Source: Candidatus Methanosuratincola mesotaenarum
GTDB lineage: Archaea; Thermoproteota; Methanomethylicia; Methanomethylicales; Methanomethylicaceae
NCBI GenBank assembly: GCA_038801705.1
Contig: JAULTC010000001.1
Location: forward strand, 369,214 to 433,213
Direction of reading: 5' to 3'
Length of the DNA stretch: 64,000 bases
A program made the position numbers and the translations under genes. Within the stretch, counting starts at the first letter, position 1, and each line of letters begins with the position of its first letter. Below, piece by piece: positions 47,695 through 58,248 of this stretch. A model generated the notes under the pieces. That model was not told the DNA's origin and made no database searches. It was given only the letters and a program-made list of their open reading frames with translations.

Positions 47695-48807
47695 GTGTTA
47701 CCCTTGATAACAAGGGAAGAAGTCTGGGAACTTGTCGACAAGTATGATCTGCGCGCCGAGAGCCTCACTGTTGGGACGCTCGGGAGCCACTCAGCTCTTG
47801 ACATTGCTGACGGAGCCAAGGAGCAAGGCTTCAGGACAGCAGTTGTTTGCCAGAAGGGCAGGGAGCTCCCGTACAAGACGTATCGGCGCATAGTGGATGA
47901 GGCGATCGTGCTCGAGAAATTTTCAGAAATAGCCTCACAGGGCATGCAGGAAGAGCTCAGGCGGAAGGATACGGTATTCGTCCCTCATAGGGCATTCTCC
48001 ACTTACGTGCCCTACGACGTCATTGAGGGGCAGTTCCTGCTTCCACTTTTTGGAAACAGGATGATGCTGAGGTCAGAGGAGAGGTGGGCCCCCAAGAACC
48101 AGTACTATCTCCTCGAGAAGGCGGGCATAAGGCAGCCCAAGAAGATCAAATCCCCCTCCGAGATCGACACGCTGGCGATCGTCAAGGTCCAGGAGGCAAA
48201 GAGGAAGATTGAGAGGGCATTCTTTACGGTGACGGACGAGAGGGACTTCTGGAAGAAGGTCGAAGAGAGGGTCGCGAATGGTATCATCACGAAGGAAGAC
48301 GCCGAAAGATCAGTTATCGAGGAGTATGTTGTTGGGACGTACTTCAACTTCAATTACTTCTATTCACCGCTGAGCGGAGAAGTGGAGTTCATGGGCATAG
48401 ACAGGAGGCTGCAGACGAACTTGCACGACTTTGTCTCACTCCCTGCGAGGCAGCAGCTCGACATAGATTTGGTGCTGCAGAACATAGAGATCGGGCACAT
48501 GGGGGCCACAATAAGGGAGTCGATGCTCGAGAAGGTGCTCGAGAACGGGATCAGGTTTGCAAGGGCAGCAAAGGAAGAGTACCCGCCAGGCATTATCGGC
48601 CCATTCGCGCTGCAGGGGGCGGTGAACAAGGACCAAGAGATAGTCATATTCGATGTCTCCCCTAGGGTGCCAGGCAGCCCGGTCATCGGAACCACAAGCC
48701 CGTATACAAGGTACCTCTACGGCAGACCCATGAGCGTTGGCCAGAGGATCGCCCTCGAGATAAGGGAGGCATTGGAGACGGGAAGGCTCAAGGAGATCGT
48801 AACATGA
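47695..48807 (+). CDS. purP: 5-formaminoimidazole-4-carboxamide-1-β-D-ribofuranosyl 5'-monophosphate synthetase (PurP), paralog 1
   Basis: …TLGSHSALDIADGAKEQGFRT… N-terminus and ATP-grasp core. 370 aa. Confidence 0.8.
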   Translation: MLPLITREEVWELVDKYDLRAESLTVGTLGSHSALDIADGAKEQGFRTAVVCQKGRELPYKTYRRIVDEAIVLEKFSEIASQGMQEELRRKDTVFVPHRAFSTYVPYDVIEGQFLLPLFGNRMMLRSEERWAPKNQYYLLEKAGIRQPKKIKSPSEIDTLAIVKVQEAKRKIERAFFTVTDERDFWKKVEERVANGIITKEDAERSVIEEYVVGTYFNFNYFYSPLSGEVEFMGIDRRLQTNLHDFVSLPARQQLDIDLVLQNIEIGHMGATIRESMLEKVLENGIRFARAAKEEYPPGIIGPFALQGAVNKDQEIVIFDVSPRVPGSPVIGTTSPYTRYLYGRPMSVGQRIALEIREALETGRLKEIVT

Positions 48808-49841
48808 AAGCCACAATAGCTGTGATCGGATCCCATTCCGCGCTCCAGATACTGAAGGGTGCCAAGCAGGAAGGGCTCAGAACCCTGCTGATGTGCCTCA
48901 GAGGGAGGGAAAGCCTGTACGGGCGCTTCGGGCTGGCGGACAGGACGGTCTCGATCGAGAGCGTGGAGTCGATCCTCGAGGAGGATGTCCAGAGTCTGCT
49001 CGAGGATGAAGGGGCGATTTTCATACCCCACGGCACCCTGATATCGGGTGCACGCCTCGAGGACCTGGAAAGGCGGTTCAGGCCCAAGATCTTCGGAAAC
49101 AGATTCATATTCAAGTGGGAGTACGACAGGGAACTCAAGGACAGGCTCCTGAGTGAGGCAGGGATCAGGACGCCGAAGAGGCTATCATCATACTCTGAGA
49201 TAGACGGACCAGTGATAGTCAAACTCCCTGGGGCAGAGGGGGGGCGGGGGTACTTCATCGCGAAGAGCCCCAGGGACTTTGAGTCAAAGATCAGGCAGCT
49301 CTCTGAGAAGGGGCTGATCAAGAAAGGTGAAGAAGAAAAGGTCTTCCTCCAGGAATACATAATAGGTGTCCCAGTCTATCCACACTACTTCCGGTCGGTA
49401 ATTGAGGACAGGCTTGAATTGATGGGGTGCGACAGGAGGTACGAGACGAGCATAGACTCGATCGGCAGGATCTGCGCAAAAGACCAGCTTGAGCTCGGGA
49501 TCACCCCGACATTCAGGGTGATAGGCAATATCCCATTGGTGCTCAGGGAGTCTCTGCTCGTGGATATCTTCGAAGAAGGGGAGAAGTTCGTCTCTGCCGC
49601 AGGGAGGTTAGTCCCGCCAGGGATGATAGGGCCATTTTGCCTCGAGATGATCTGCGACGAGGAGGGGAAGCTTCACACATTCGAGTTCTCAGGCAGGATA
49701 GTCGCAGGCACCAACCTCTTCGTCAACGGATCTCCGTACAGCGACCTGCTCTTCGACGATCCCATGAGCATGGGGAGGAGGATCGCCAGGGAGATAAAGA
49801 CAGCCGCAGAGCAGGGCATGCTAGAGAGCGTGACCACATAA
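48804..49841 (+). CDS. purP: PurP-family FAICAR synthetase, paralog 2
   Basis: [27 protein letters not shown]… matches the PurP N-terminus. It overlaps the first purP by 4 nt. Confidence 0.75.
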   Translation: MKATIAVIGSHSALQILKGAKQEGLRTLLMCLRGRESLYGRFGLADRTVSIESVESILEEDVQSLLEDEGAIFIPHGTLISGARLEDLERRFRPKIFGNRFIFKWEYDRELKDRLLSEAGIRTPKRLSSYSEIDGPVIVKLPGAEGGRGYFIAKSPRDFESKIRQLSEKGLIKKGEEEKVFLQEYIIGVPVYPHYFRSVIEDRLELMGCDRRYETSIDSIGRICAKDQLELGITPTFRVIGNIPLVLRESLLVDIFEEGEKFVSAAGRLVPPGMIGPFCLEMICDEEGKLHTFEFSGRIVAGTNLFVNGSPYSDLLFDDPMSMGRRIAREIKTAAEQGMLESVTT

Positions 49842-50572
49842 TGGTTCAAACGTACCACTTGAAGTGTGTTAAGGGGGATGTTGCTGAGAGGGTGGTCGTT
49901 TTCGGTGATCCTTGCAGGACGAAGGCATCTGCCTCCCTTCTGGAGCGCTCAAGGCTGGTTAGTAAGGAGAGGTGCCTCTTGACCTACACAGGAGAGTATA
50001 TGGGCACAAAATTGACTCTATCCACAACCGGGATGGGCACGCCGTCTGCAGCGATCGTCTGCGAGGAGCTTGCAGCCTTAGGTGCCAGGTGCATCATCAG
50101 GTCAGGCACAATGGGGAGCATCTCCAGCGTTGCTGCCGGTGACGCTGTCGTCCCGACTGAGGCCATACCGCTAGACGGCACAGCGAGGGCTTACATGGAA
50201 AAGTTCAGACTAAACAGCATGCCGAGCGCATCCCGCCGCATCGCAGAGATGCTCAGATCAACCGCACTCTCGAAAGGGGTAAGAACACACGTTGGTCCGA
50301 TCTGCACGAGCGATGTATTTTACCTTGAGGGCGGAATCGAAACAGCCCATTGGCAGGAAAAGGGGGTGCTGGGGTTCGAGATGGAATGCTCGGCAATCTT
50401 TGCCATAGGAGCGGCCAGGGGCTATGAGGGAGGGGCGATATTGGCAGTTACAGGCTCAGTCAGTGGGGAAGAAAGGGTCCTTGGAGGGAGTGAGGTCAAG
50501 AATGCCATCGAGAGGTGCACGTTGTCGGCCCTCGAAACCGCCACCTCGGTTGAGTTGCCTCAAATAAAATAG
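49841..50572 (+). CDS. PNP/UDP-family nucleoside phosphorylase (purine nucleoside / uridine phosphorylase-like)
   Basis: MVQTYHLK…[15 protein letters not shown]…[28 protein letters not shown]…EMECSAIFA matches the DeoD/Udp fold. The ATG overlaps the purP2 stop (TAATG). Confidence 0.75.
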   Translation: MVQTYHLKCVKGDVAERVVVFGDPCRTKASASLLERSRLVSKERCLLTYTGEYMGTKLTLSTTGMGTPSAAIVCEELAALGARCIIRSGTMGSISSVAAGDAVVPTEAIPLDGTARAYMEKFRLNSMPSASRRIAEMLRSTALSKGVRTHVGPICTSDVFYLEGGIETAHWQEKGVLGFEMECSAIFAIGAARGYEGGAILAVTGSVSGEERVLGGSEVKNAIERCTLSALETATSVELPQIK

Positions 50573-51121
50573 CCCAAGACGCTTCAGCAGAACATTTCCA
50601 ATTATAGAATGGATTTGCATATCCATCACTGATGATGAAAATTGACTTGCCCATTTAAAAATAAAGGTCGACTCAAGAGCGTGGTTTACTTGGGCGGTAG
50701 ATCCTTTTTTAAATAAATATATCAACTTACTATACCATAGAAAAGATAAGAATTTGCCTTGAACGTTATAAGTATACCATAAGTTCTGCGGTGCAGAAGA
50801 TATTTATGCCGCAGTTGAGAACGGAAAGGGCCTGTAACGGCGCCCAACAGTAACGGAAGGGAAAGGCGAACCCGAAAGGGGGAGCAAGAACGGAAGGGTC
50901 TGAAGGGTGCAACGGGCAGGATGCACGATAGGACGAATCCAGGGCGTCTGGATAAAATCGGACGCCACGACCGCGGAAAGTTGTTGCATGGGAGGTCTGG
51001 GGGGAGAACGCCGGCCATGGAGGTGCTTCAAACCCCGAACCTCTCCCTGAAGTCGTTCTCAACTGCGGTCTTTATTTTTAGGTTCATTAATTAATTAATT
51101 TCAATTAATTATATTTGTCAG

Positions 51122-51544
51122 GTGCGTTACTTGAGGCGCAAAAAAGGACCAAAGCACTTCTACGAGGTAAAGCAGAGAATAAGCGAAGTTATCCAGAAGA
51201 TTAATGAAAACGCATCGCTCGTGCTCGTCGAGGGCAAGAACGACGAACGCGCCCTCAGAAGAGCCAGGCTAAAAACGCCGATCATCACATTCTGTGACTC
51301 CAATATGCCAAGGTTTGAGTTTGTGGAGAGGATCGCGGGCAACTATGGCGGACAGAGGGTGGTCGTACTCTTCGATTATGATAAGGAGGGATCCGTTGCA
51401 GCCAAGAGGATGACCGTCGATCTCGAGGAAAAGGGTGTGAGGGTGGAGGGGAAGGTCAGGGAGGAGCTCGGGGAGATCTTGGTCTGGGAAGGCATAAGGA
51501 GGGTAGAGGAGATGATGTCCGTCCTGTCGAAGGCGGATTTGTGA
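51122..51544 (+). CDS. Small Toprim-domain protein
   Basis: …LVLVEGKNDERALR… (the Toprim Glu) and …VVVLFDYDKEG… (DxD). 140 aa. Confidence 0.6.
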   Translation: MRYLRRKKGPKHFYEVKQRISEVIQKINENASLVLVEGKNDERALRRARLKTPIITFCDSNMPRFEFVERIAGNYGGQRVVVLFDYDKEGSVAAKRMTVDLEEKGVRVEGKVREELGEILVWEGIRRVEEMMSVLSKADL

Positions 51545-52001
51545 CGGCCTCCTGACGGCTAAAGCCGTCGGTCTTCCATGCACGGTGGTTCAGGCTCTTC
51601 GAGTTCACCCAATTCATCCCCGGTTCTGGGTCATGTAAACTGCAGCCCAGCCCGCCATTTTTAGATCTGCCTGGCTCGCAACGGGCTTCCTCAGATGGGG
51701 GCTGCCCTTCTGAAGGATTTTTCATGCAAGTCGGCGTCGCACCGGTGCCTGTTTTTGCAGGCTATCCTGTTTCATTCGCTTATTCGCAGAACCATACAGC
51801 ACAGCAGTCTCTCCAGTTCGCCTTGTATGTATTGTTTGGGTTTCCAAAAGCCAAGAGATCAGCTTTTGGTTGAATATTCTCCCCGGAAGGACACATTTCG
51901 GCAGACCATCTAGAAGCGCATTGAAGCAAACTAATCCATCTGCTGTTTGAAAACGGTGGTCTTTTTGAGGTGGTTCTTATAAAATAATATGGGGACAGCC
52001 A

Positions 52002-52574
52002 ATGCAGATAGGTTTTGAGCCCAAAATCGTGTTCCTCTGCCCCCTCTGCCAAAGGGAGGTCGAGATGGTCTACAGCAGGTCGGAGGGATGGACTGCCGAC
52101 CACGGGGGGTGCCTGAATTTCTCGGTGATAAGGAAGGCGCCGACGATATCAGGGAAGGAGTTTAGGACTCCGCTGGTGTTCATAGACCTCGAATCGGATT
52201 TTGCTGTAAAAGAGGCGATAGAAGGGCTCAGACCATTGACCTCAGAGCAAGGCGACCCCTCGAAGAGGGGGAAGATTGAGGTAGGGATCAGGAGGCTGGA
52301 GTCCAAGATAGGGTTTGCTGAGAAAAAGGCTGGGGAGCTGTTCGAGACAATCAAGGGCGGAACTTACGGGCTCAGGATAATCTCAGGAAGGTCCACAGGC
52401 GTACTTGTATGGAGGGGCACAGAGAAGTTCATTGGAATATCCTACGGGGATACCCAAGATGAGGAAGACTCCCTGCTGTTCACTTCAGACGGTGCGGAGG
52501 CAAAGGGCTTCATTCTTAAATGGATCCACTACTGGGACGATCCTAAACTCCTCGGGAAAAAGATGCTGCCTTAA
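52002..52574 (+). CDS. Hypothetical protein (190 aa) with N-terminal CxxC
   Basis: ORF with CPLCQ near the N-terminus and no other recognisable motif. Confidence 0.4.
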   Translation: MQIGFEPKIVFLCPLCQREVEMVYSRSEGWTADHGGCLNFSVIRKAPTISGKEFRTPLVFIDLESDFAVKEAIEGLRPLTSEQGDPSKRGKIEVGIRRLESKIGFAEKKAGELFETIKGGTYGLRIISGRSTGVLVWRGTEKFIGISYGDTQDEEDSLLFTSDGAEAKGFILKWIHYWDDPKLLGKKMLP

Positions 52575-52659
52575 GACAAAGGCCACCACGCAAATAGAAA
52601 AATAAAAAAACAACTCCGACCGAACTTGAGAAATAAAAATAAAAAAGAAGGGCTGTTGG

Positions 52660-53175
52660 ATGGAGAAGGTCATCATCAGGGGGTTTTGTCCAGAAGACCT
52701 CGAAACCGTGATTATGATTAACAAGGTCTGTCTGCCTGAGAATTACTCGCCGGACTTTTTCATGGAACACCACTGGGAAAACCCAAGAATCTTCCTTGTG
52801 GCCCAGGTGGGAGAGAAGGTCGTTGGCTACAACATGTGCAGGATTGAATTTGGCATCTCCAACATAAAGAGGGAGTTTGCAAAGAAGGGACATGTGATTT
52901 CGATTGCAGTGCTCGAGGGCTACAGGGGGGCAGGGATCGGTCGGAAACTAATGGAAGAAGGCATGAAGAACGTAAGAGAATCCGGTGCGTCAGAGATGTA
53001 CCTGGAGGTGAGACAGAGCAACCTCCCGGCGATCCAGCTCTACAGAAAGCTCGGGTTCAGGGCTGTTAGAGTCCTAGAAGGATACTACAGGGACGGTGAG
53101 GACGCCTACCTTATGGTAGCCAATTTGGAAGAGGGCCGGTTTCAGAACGGATCAATCATCATGCCTGACGCTTGA
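52660..53175 (+). CDS. GNAT N-acetyltransferase (RimI-like)
   Basis: …ISIAVLEGYRGAGIGRKLMEE… acetyl-CoA-binding motif (Q/RxxGxG/A). 171 aa. Confidence 0.8.
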   Translation: MEKVIIRGFCPEDLETVIMINKVCLPENYSPDFFMEHHWENPRIFLVAQVGEKVVGYNMCRIEFGISNIKREFAKKGHVISIAVLEGYRGAGIGRKLMEEGMKNVRESGASEMYLEVRQSNLPAIQLYRKLGFRAVRVLEGYYRDGEDAYLMVANLEEGRFQNGSIIMPDA

Positions 53176-53464
53176 GCAGCCTCTGGTAAGCAGCGTATCC
53201 GATCAGAATTGCAGTCGGGAGGTAGAAAAGGCAAGATTCGAAGAAGGTATCAAAGACAGGCGTGCCAATGATACGCAAATAGGCAAGATATAAAGAGGCG
53301 ATGAGCATTGGCACGGATGCAATGACTGCGCTTTTGAACTCATTGATTTCCATATGTTTGTGAGAACCTCCGTGATATAAAAAGTTGAGGGCAGGACAGG
53401 GACCGGGGCAAGGACGAACGAAATTTATATATAGAAGTGCTTGCTGTTTTTTCAGACGTAACAA
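53159..53464 (-). CDS. Small membrane protein (hypothetical)
   Basis: Two TM helices. The real start is probably the internal MEINEF. Confidence 0.35.
   Translation of the reverse strand: MLRLKKQQALLYINFVRPCPGPCPALNFLYHGGSHKHMEINEFKSAVIASVPMLIASLYLAYLRIIGTPVFDTFFESCLFYLPTAILIGYAAYQRLLKRQA
53428..53441 (+). promoter_or_regulatory. BRE/TATA box of the thermosome gene
   Basis: cgaaatttatatatag about 50 nt upstream of the ATG at 53489. Confidence 0.45.
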
Positions 53465-53488
53465 TTTTGTAGGCTAGGTGTATGAACT

Positions 53489-55155
<1,667 letters not shown>

Positions 55156-55156
<1 letters not shown>

Positions 55157-55410
55157 TGGATCAAGAAACAAGACAGATACTCGGTCCAGCGACACTGACT
55201 AGATTCGAGAAGGCCCGGATACTAGGAGCCCGGGCCCTACAGCTTTCAATGGGGGCACCACCACTGATAGCCTCAAACGCTACGACTCCAATAGACATAG
55301 CTGAGGAGGAACTGAAGGAAGGGGTCCTCCCCATCACGATAAGGAGAAGGCTACCGGATGGACGCCACCAGGACATCCCATTGAAGTGGCTGGTCAAGAA
55401 GACCCAGTAA
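55156..55410 (+). CDS. rpoK: DNA-directed RNA polymerase subunit K (Rpb6 homolog)
   Basis: …[22 protein letters not shown]… signature. The start overlaps the thermosome stop (TGATG). Confidence 0.8.
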
Positions 55411-55430
55411 CTATTTTCTTTTCTTTTTTC

Positions 55431-56216
55431 CTATGGCGCTTGATTTCTAGATTTCTTACTTCGCATCTTGGAGATTAACGCAGCGGCGACGGCAGCCCCG
55501 ACTCCATTGTCAATGTTGACCACCACGAGCCCAGGACTACAGCTCTGCAGCATCGTCATGAGCGCGCCCACGCCTTGACCCCCATATCCATAGCCCGAGG
55601 ACGTGGGCACCCCGATGACAGGCACAGGCACCAGGCTACTGATTACGGATGCGAGTGCCCCCTCCATCCCAGCAAACACAATGATCGCATCAACGTCCTT
55701 ATCCATCGAGTCTATTACTACGGGGAATACCCTGTGGAGACCCGCTATCCCGACGTCATAGTATGAATGGGTCGCACACCCAAGCTCCTCCAGCACGAAC
55801 CGGGCTTCCTCAGCAACGCGTATGTCGACCGTTCCGGCTGTGATCAGCGAGACTGCGCCGAGTTTCTCTGGATTTTCCCTCCCACGCCTGATCACGGCTA
55901 CTCTACCATTTGGGTTGTATTTGATTTCCGGTACTCCCTCCAGACTTGACTTCAGTTCATCAAACCTGTCCTCGGCGATGCGCGTGATTATGACCCTTCC
56001 CGACTCTTCTAGGAAAGCCCTAACGATCTTTCTCAGGGAAACATCGTCTTTTCCCTCTGCAAAAACAATCTCTGGGACGTCCTTCCTTGCCTCTCTTGAT
56101 ACATCAAGACAGGCAATTTCCATATCCTTGAGTGCCAGCAACCGTATTCTTCTCTCTGCCTCTTCAATGCTGATCTTGCCAGAGCTGAGTTCAGAGAGGA
56201 CCATTCGAAGTTCCAA
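55431..56216 (-). CDS. larB: LarB-like (PurE-related) nickel-pincer cofactor biosynthesis carboxylase/hydrolase
   Basis: N-terminal helical domain plus a C-terminal PurE-like domain (…AVSLITAGTVDI…, …IIVFAGMEGALASV…VPVIGVPTS…). COG1691-type. Confidence 0.6.
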   Translation of the reverse strand: MELRMVLSELSSGKISIEEAERRIRLLALKDMEIACLDVSREARKDVPEIVFAEGKDDVSLRKIVRAFLEESGRVIITRIAEDRFDELKSSLEGVPEIKYNPNGRVAVIRRGRENPEKLGAVSLITAGTVDIRVAEEARFVLEELGCATHSYYDVGIAGLHRVFPVVIDSMDKDVDAIIVFAGMEGALASVISSLVPVPVIGVPTSSGYGYGGQGVGALMTMLQSCSPGLVVVNIDNGVGAAVAAALISKMRSKKSRNQAP

Positions 56217-56255
56217 TTCTTAGCACCCATTTTAATATAGGCAGAGTCAGATCTT

Positions 56256-57488
56256 ATGAGGGTGGAGTATTTGAACATAGTGCTCATCGATACCTCTCTT
56301 GCAGGGGCCTCAGGAGACAAGATGGTCTCGGCATTCGCGTCTGCATCGGGAAAGAGCGAAGACCTTAAGGTTTCAATCAATAGCGCCTTGAAGGCGATCG
56401 GAAGGCCTGATGTGGAGATATCTTTCGAACACGCAACGAGTGGAGAGATTGGCGGGCTACAGCTGAAGGTCAGGGATGCAGAAGGTGCCAAGGACGAAGG
56501 GGGGATCGAAGCTAGGACGGCAGAGGACTCTTTGAAGACCTTGGGTGCGGCGGCAGAGTCGATAGGGCTCAGACCAGCCGGAAAAGCAATGGCGCGGAGG
56601 ACTATGGATCTGCTCATCGAAGCCGAGAGAGCAGTCCATGGAACAGATGTGCTTCACGAGCTGGGCAGCATAGACACCATTATAGACATTATCGGAACTT
56701 TCAAGGCCATTGAGCTCCTGGGCGTTGGTGACTGCGTCTTTTACACGACGCCAGTTGCAGTCGGTTGCGGGGCAGCTACATCTTCCCACGGGACTTTTCC
56801 TGTCCCTGCGCCAGCAACCCTCTCGATAATCAGGCGCGCCGGGCTACCCGTAACTAGGACTGATGTTCCGCATGAGCTCACAACCCCCACTGGAGCGGCA
56901 TTGCTAGCGACTCTGACCTGTGGCAGAACAGACACGCCGCCCTTTAGGCTCTCCCGAGGCACTGTGGGGAACGGGATAGGCAGGAGAGAACTTGGCTTCC
57001 CAAACATAACAAGGGTCATAACTGGAGAGGCCATTTTGGGCACCGCTGATGAAGAGATCTTCATTGTCGAGACCAATGTCGATGATGTGGACGGGGAGGG
57101 GCTTGGCTGGTTGTTTGAGAGGCTTAATGGGGTGGCTGAGGATGTCTGCGTTGTACCGATGCTGACGAAAAAGAACAGACCAGGGCATATAGTAATGGCC
57201 GTTGCAACATCAGCCTCAGTCGGGAGGGTCATAGACGCCATTCTGGATGAAACTGGGACGCTCGGTGTGAAAGTTTCGACCTGTAGGAGACTGAAGGTTA
57301 ACAGGGACGAAAGAGCGGTGGAGGTCAAGATAAGCGGCAAGTCATACAGCGTTGGTGTGAAAACAAACCTCAGGACAGGGTGCTACAAGCCCTCTTATGA
57401 GGACTGTAGGAGAATAGCCTTAGAAGAGGGGATTCCGCTAAAGAGGGTTGTGGATCTAGTAAGGAGGCAGCTCCCACCTAAGGCGTAG
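56256..57488 (+). CDS. larC: LarC-like (DUF111) nickel insertion protein
   Basis: N-terminus …IDTSLAGASGDKMVSAF… (G.SGDM-like) and a size of 410 aa fit DUF111/LarC. Divergently paired with larB. Confidence 0.6.
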   Translation: MRVEYLNIVLIDTSLAGASGDKMVSAFASASGKSEDLKVSINSALKAIGRPDVEISFEHATSGEIGGLQLKVRDAEGAKDEGGIEARTAEDSLKTLGAAAESIGLRPAGKAMARRTMDLLIEAERAVHGTDVLHELGSIDTIIDIIGTFKAIELLGVGDCVFYTTPVAVGCGAATSSHGTFPVPAPATLSIIRRAGLPVTRTDVPHELTTPTGAALLATLTCGRTDTPPFRLSRGTVGNGIGRRELGFPNITRVITGEAILGTADEEIFIVETNVDDVDGEGLGWLFERLNGVAEDVCVVPMLTKKNRPGHIVMAVATSASVGRVIDAILDETGTLGVKVSTCRRLKVNRDERAVEVKISGKSYSVGVKTNLRTGCYKPSYEDCRRIALEEGIPLKRVVDLVRRQLPPKA

Positions 57489-57513
57489 TGCAACGCCGAA
57501 AACGGCAGGCAAG

Positions 57514-57891
57514 TCAACTATTCAACTTGACGGTGACCCATTCTCCCCGCTTCACTAGCCGTACCGATTCTGGAGGGGAAACAAGCTTCCCTATGATGTT
57601 GACTGGGCTGTATGGCTGAGAATTCCCAAAGAATATGCAAAATGCCTCTGAGGGGGGCCAATAAGCGATCGTGCCTTGGCTTACCGTCGGCTTGGGCTTC
57701 TCCGGTCCGACTGATACAGGGGTCTCAAAGTAGACCTCCTCCTTCCAGAGAAAGGTCCTTGAGGTGAAAGGCAGTGCCTCCACTATCGCTTCAACTGTTC
57801 GTGGCGAGAGTATGCGGGAGAGAATGCCTTCAACCTCTCCACTTTCGAAAACTATCAAAATAGGTATATCTGATTCCTTTAAAGATGGCAA
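57514..57891 (-). CDS. Hypothetical conserved protein (125 aa; possibly cyclophilin-like fold)
   Basis: ORF only. The family guess is weak. Confidence 0.3.
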   Translation of the reverse strand: MPSLKESDIPILIVFESGEVEGILSRILSPRTVEAIVEALPFTSRTFLWKEEVYFETPVSVGPEKPKPTVSQGTIAYWPPSEAFCIFFGNSQPYSPVNIIGKLVSPPESVRLVKRGEWVTVKLNS

Positions 57892-57900
57892 AAAACCACC

Positions 57901-58197
57901 TTATGATGCTGGGACGTAAATGCTTACACGACGCGTCTTCTTTGCTTTCCTGAGCATCCCTTCGCTGACCATGTTATCAAGAAGATCCTTGGCGACGCTG
58001 TACTTTAGGTTATACTTGGAGTAGATCTGGTATGGGGTAACACATGTCATCTTCGGAACTTCATGCCTGATCTGGTCCAAAACTTTTGGATCTACCACTG
58101 ATGTAGCTACGGACTTTTGGATCTCCTTCTTTGCAGCCTCCTTCTCTGAAGCAGCACCCTTCGCTGGCTTGGCAACAGTCTTCTTGGTACCACCCAT
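57901..58197 (-). CDS. rps25e: 30S ribosomal protein S25e
   Basis: Lys/Ala-rich N-terminus, then …VTPYQIYSKYNLKYSVAKDLLDNMVSEGMLR… winged-helix core. Start placed at MGGTKK. Confidence 0.8.
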   Translation of the reverse strand: MGGTKKTVAKPAKGAASEKEAAKKEIQKSVATSVVDPKVLDQIRHEVPKMTCVTPYQIYSKYNLKYSVAKDLLDNMVSEGMLRKAKKTRRVSIYVPAS

Positions 58198-58248
58198 AAG
58201 ATACACCTGACACGAAAAAAGGTGGTGTTAGTAATAAAAATGTTTTGG

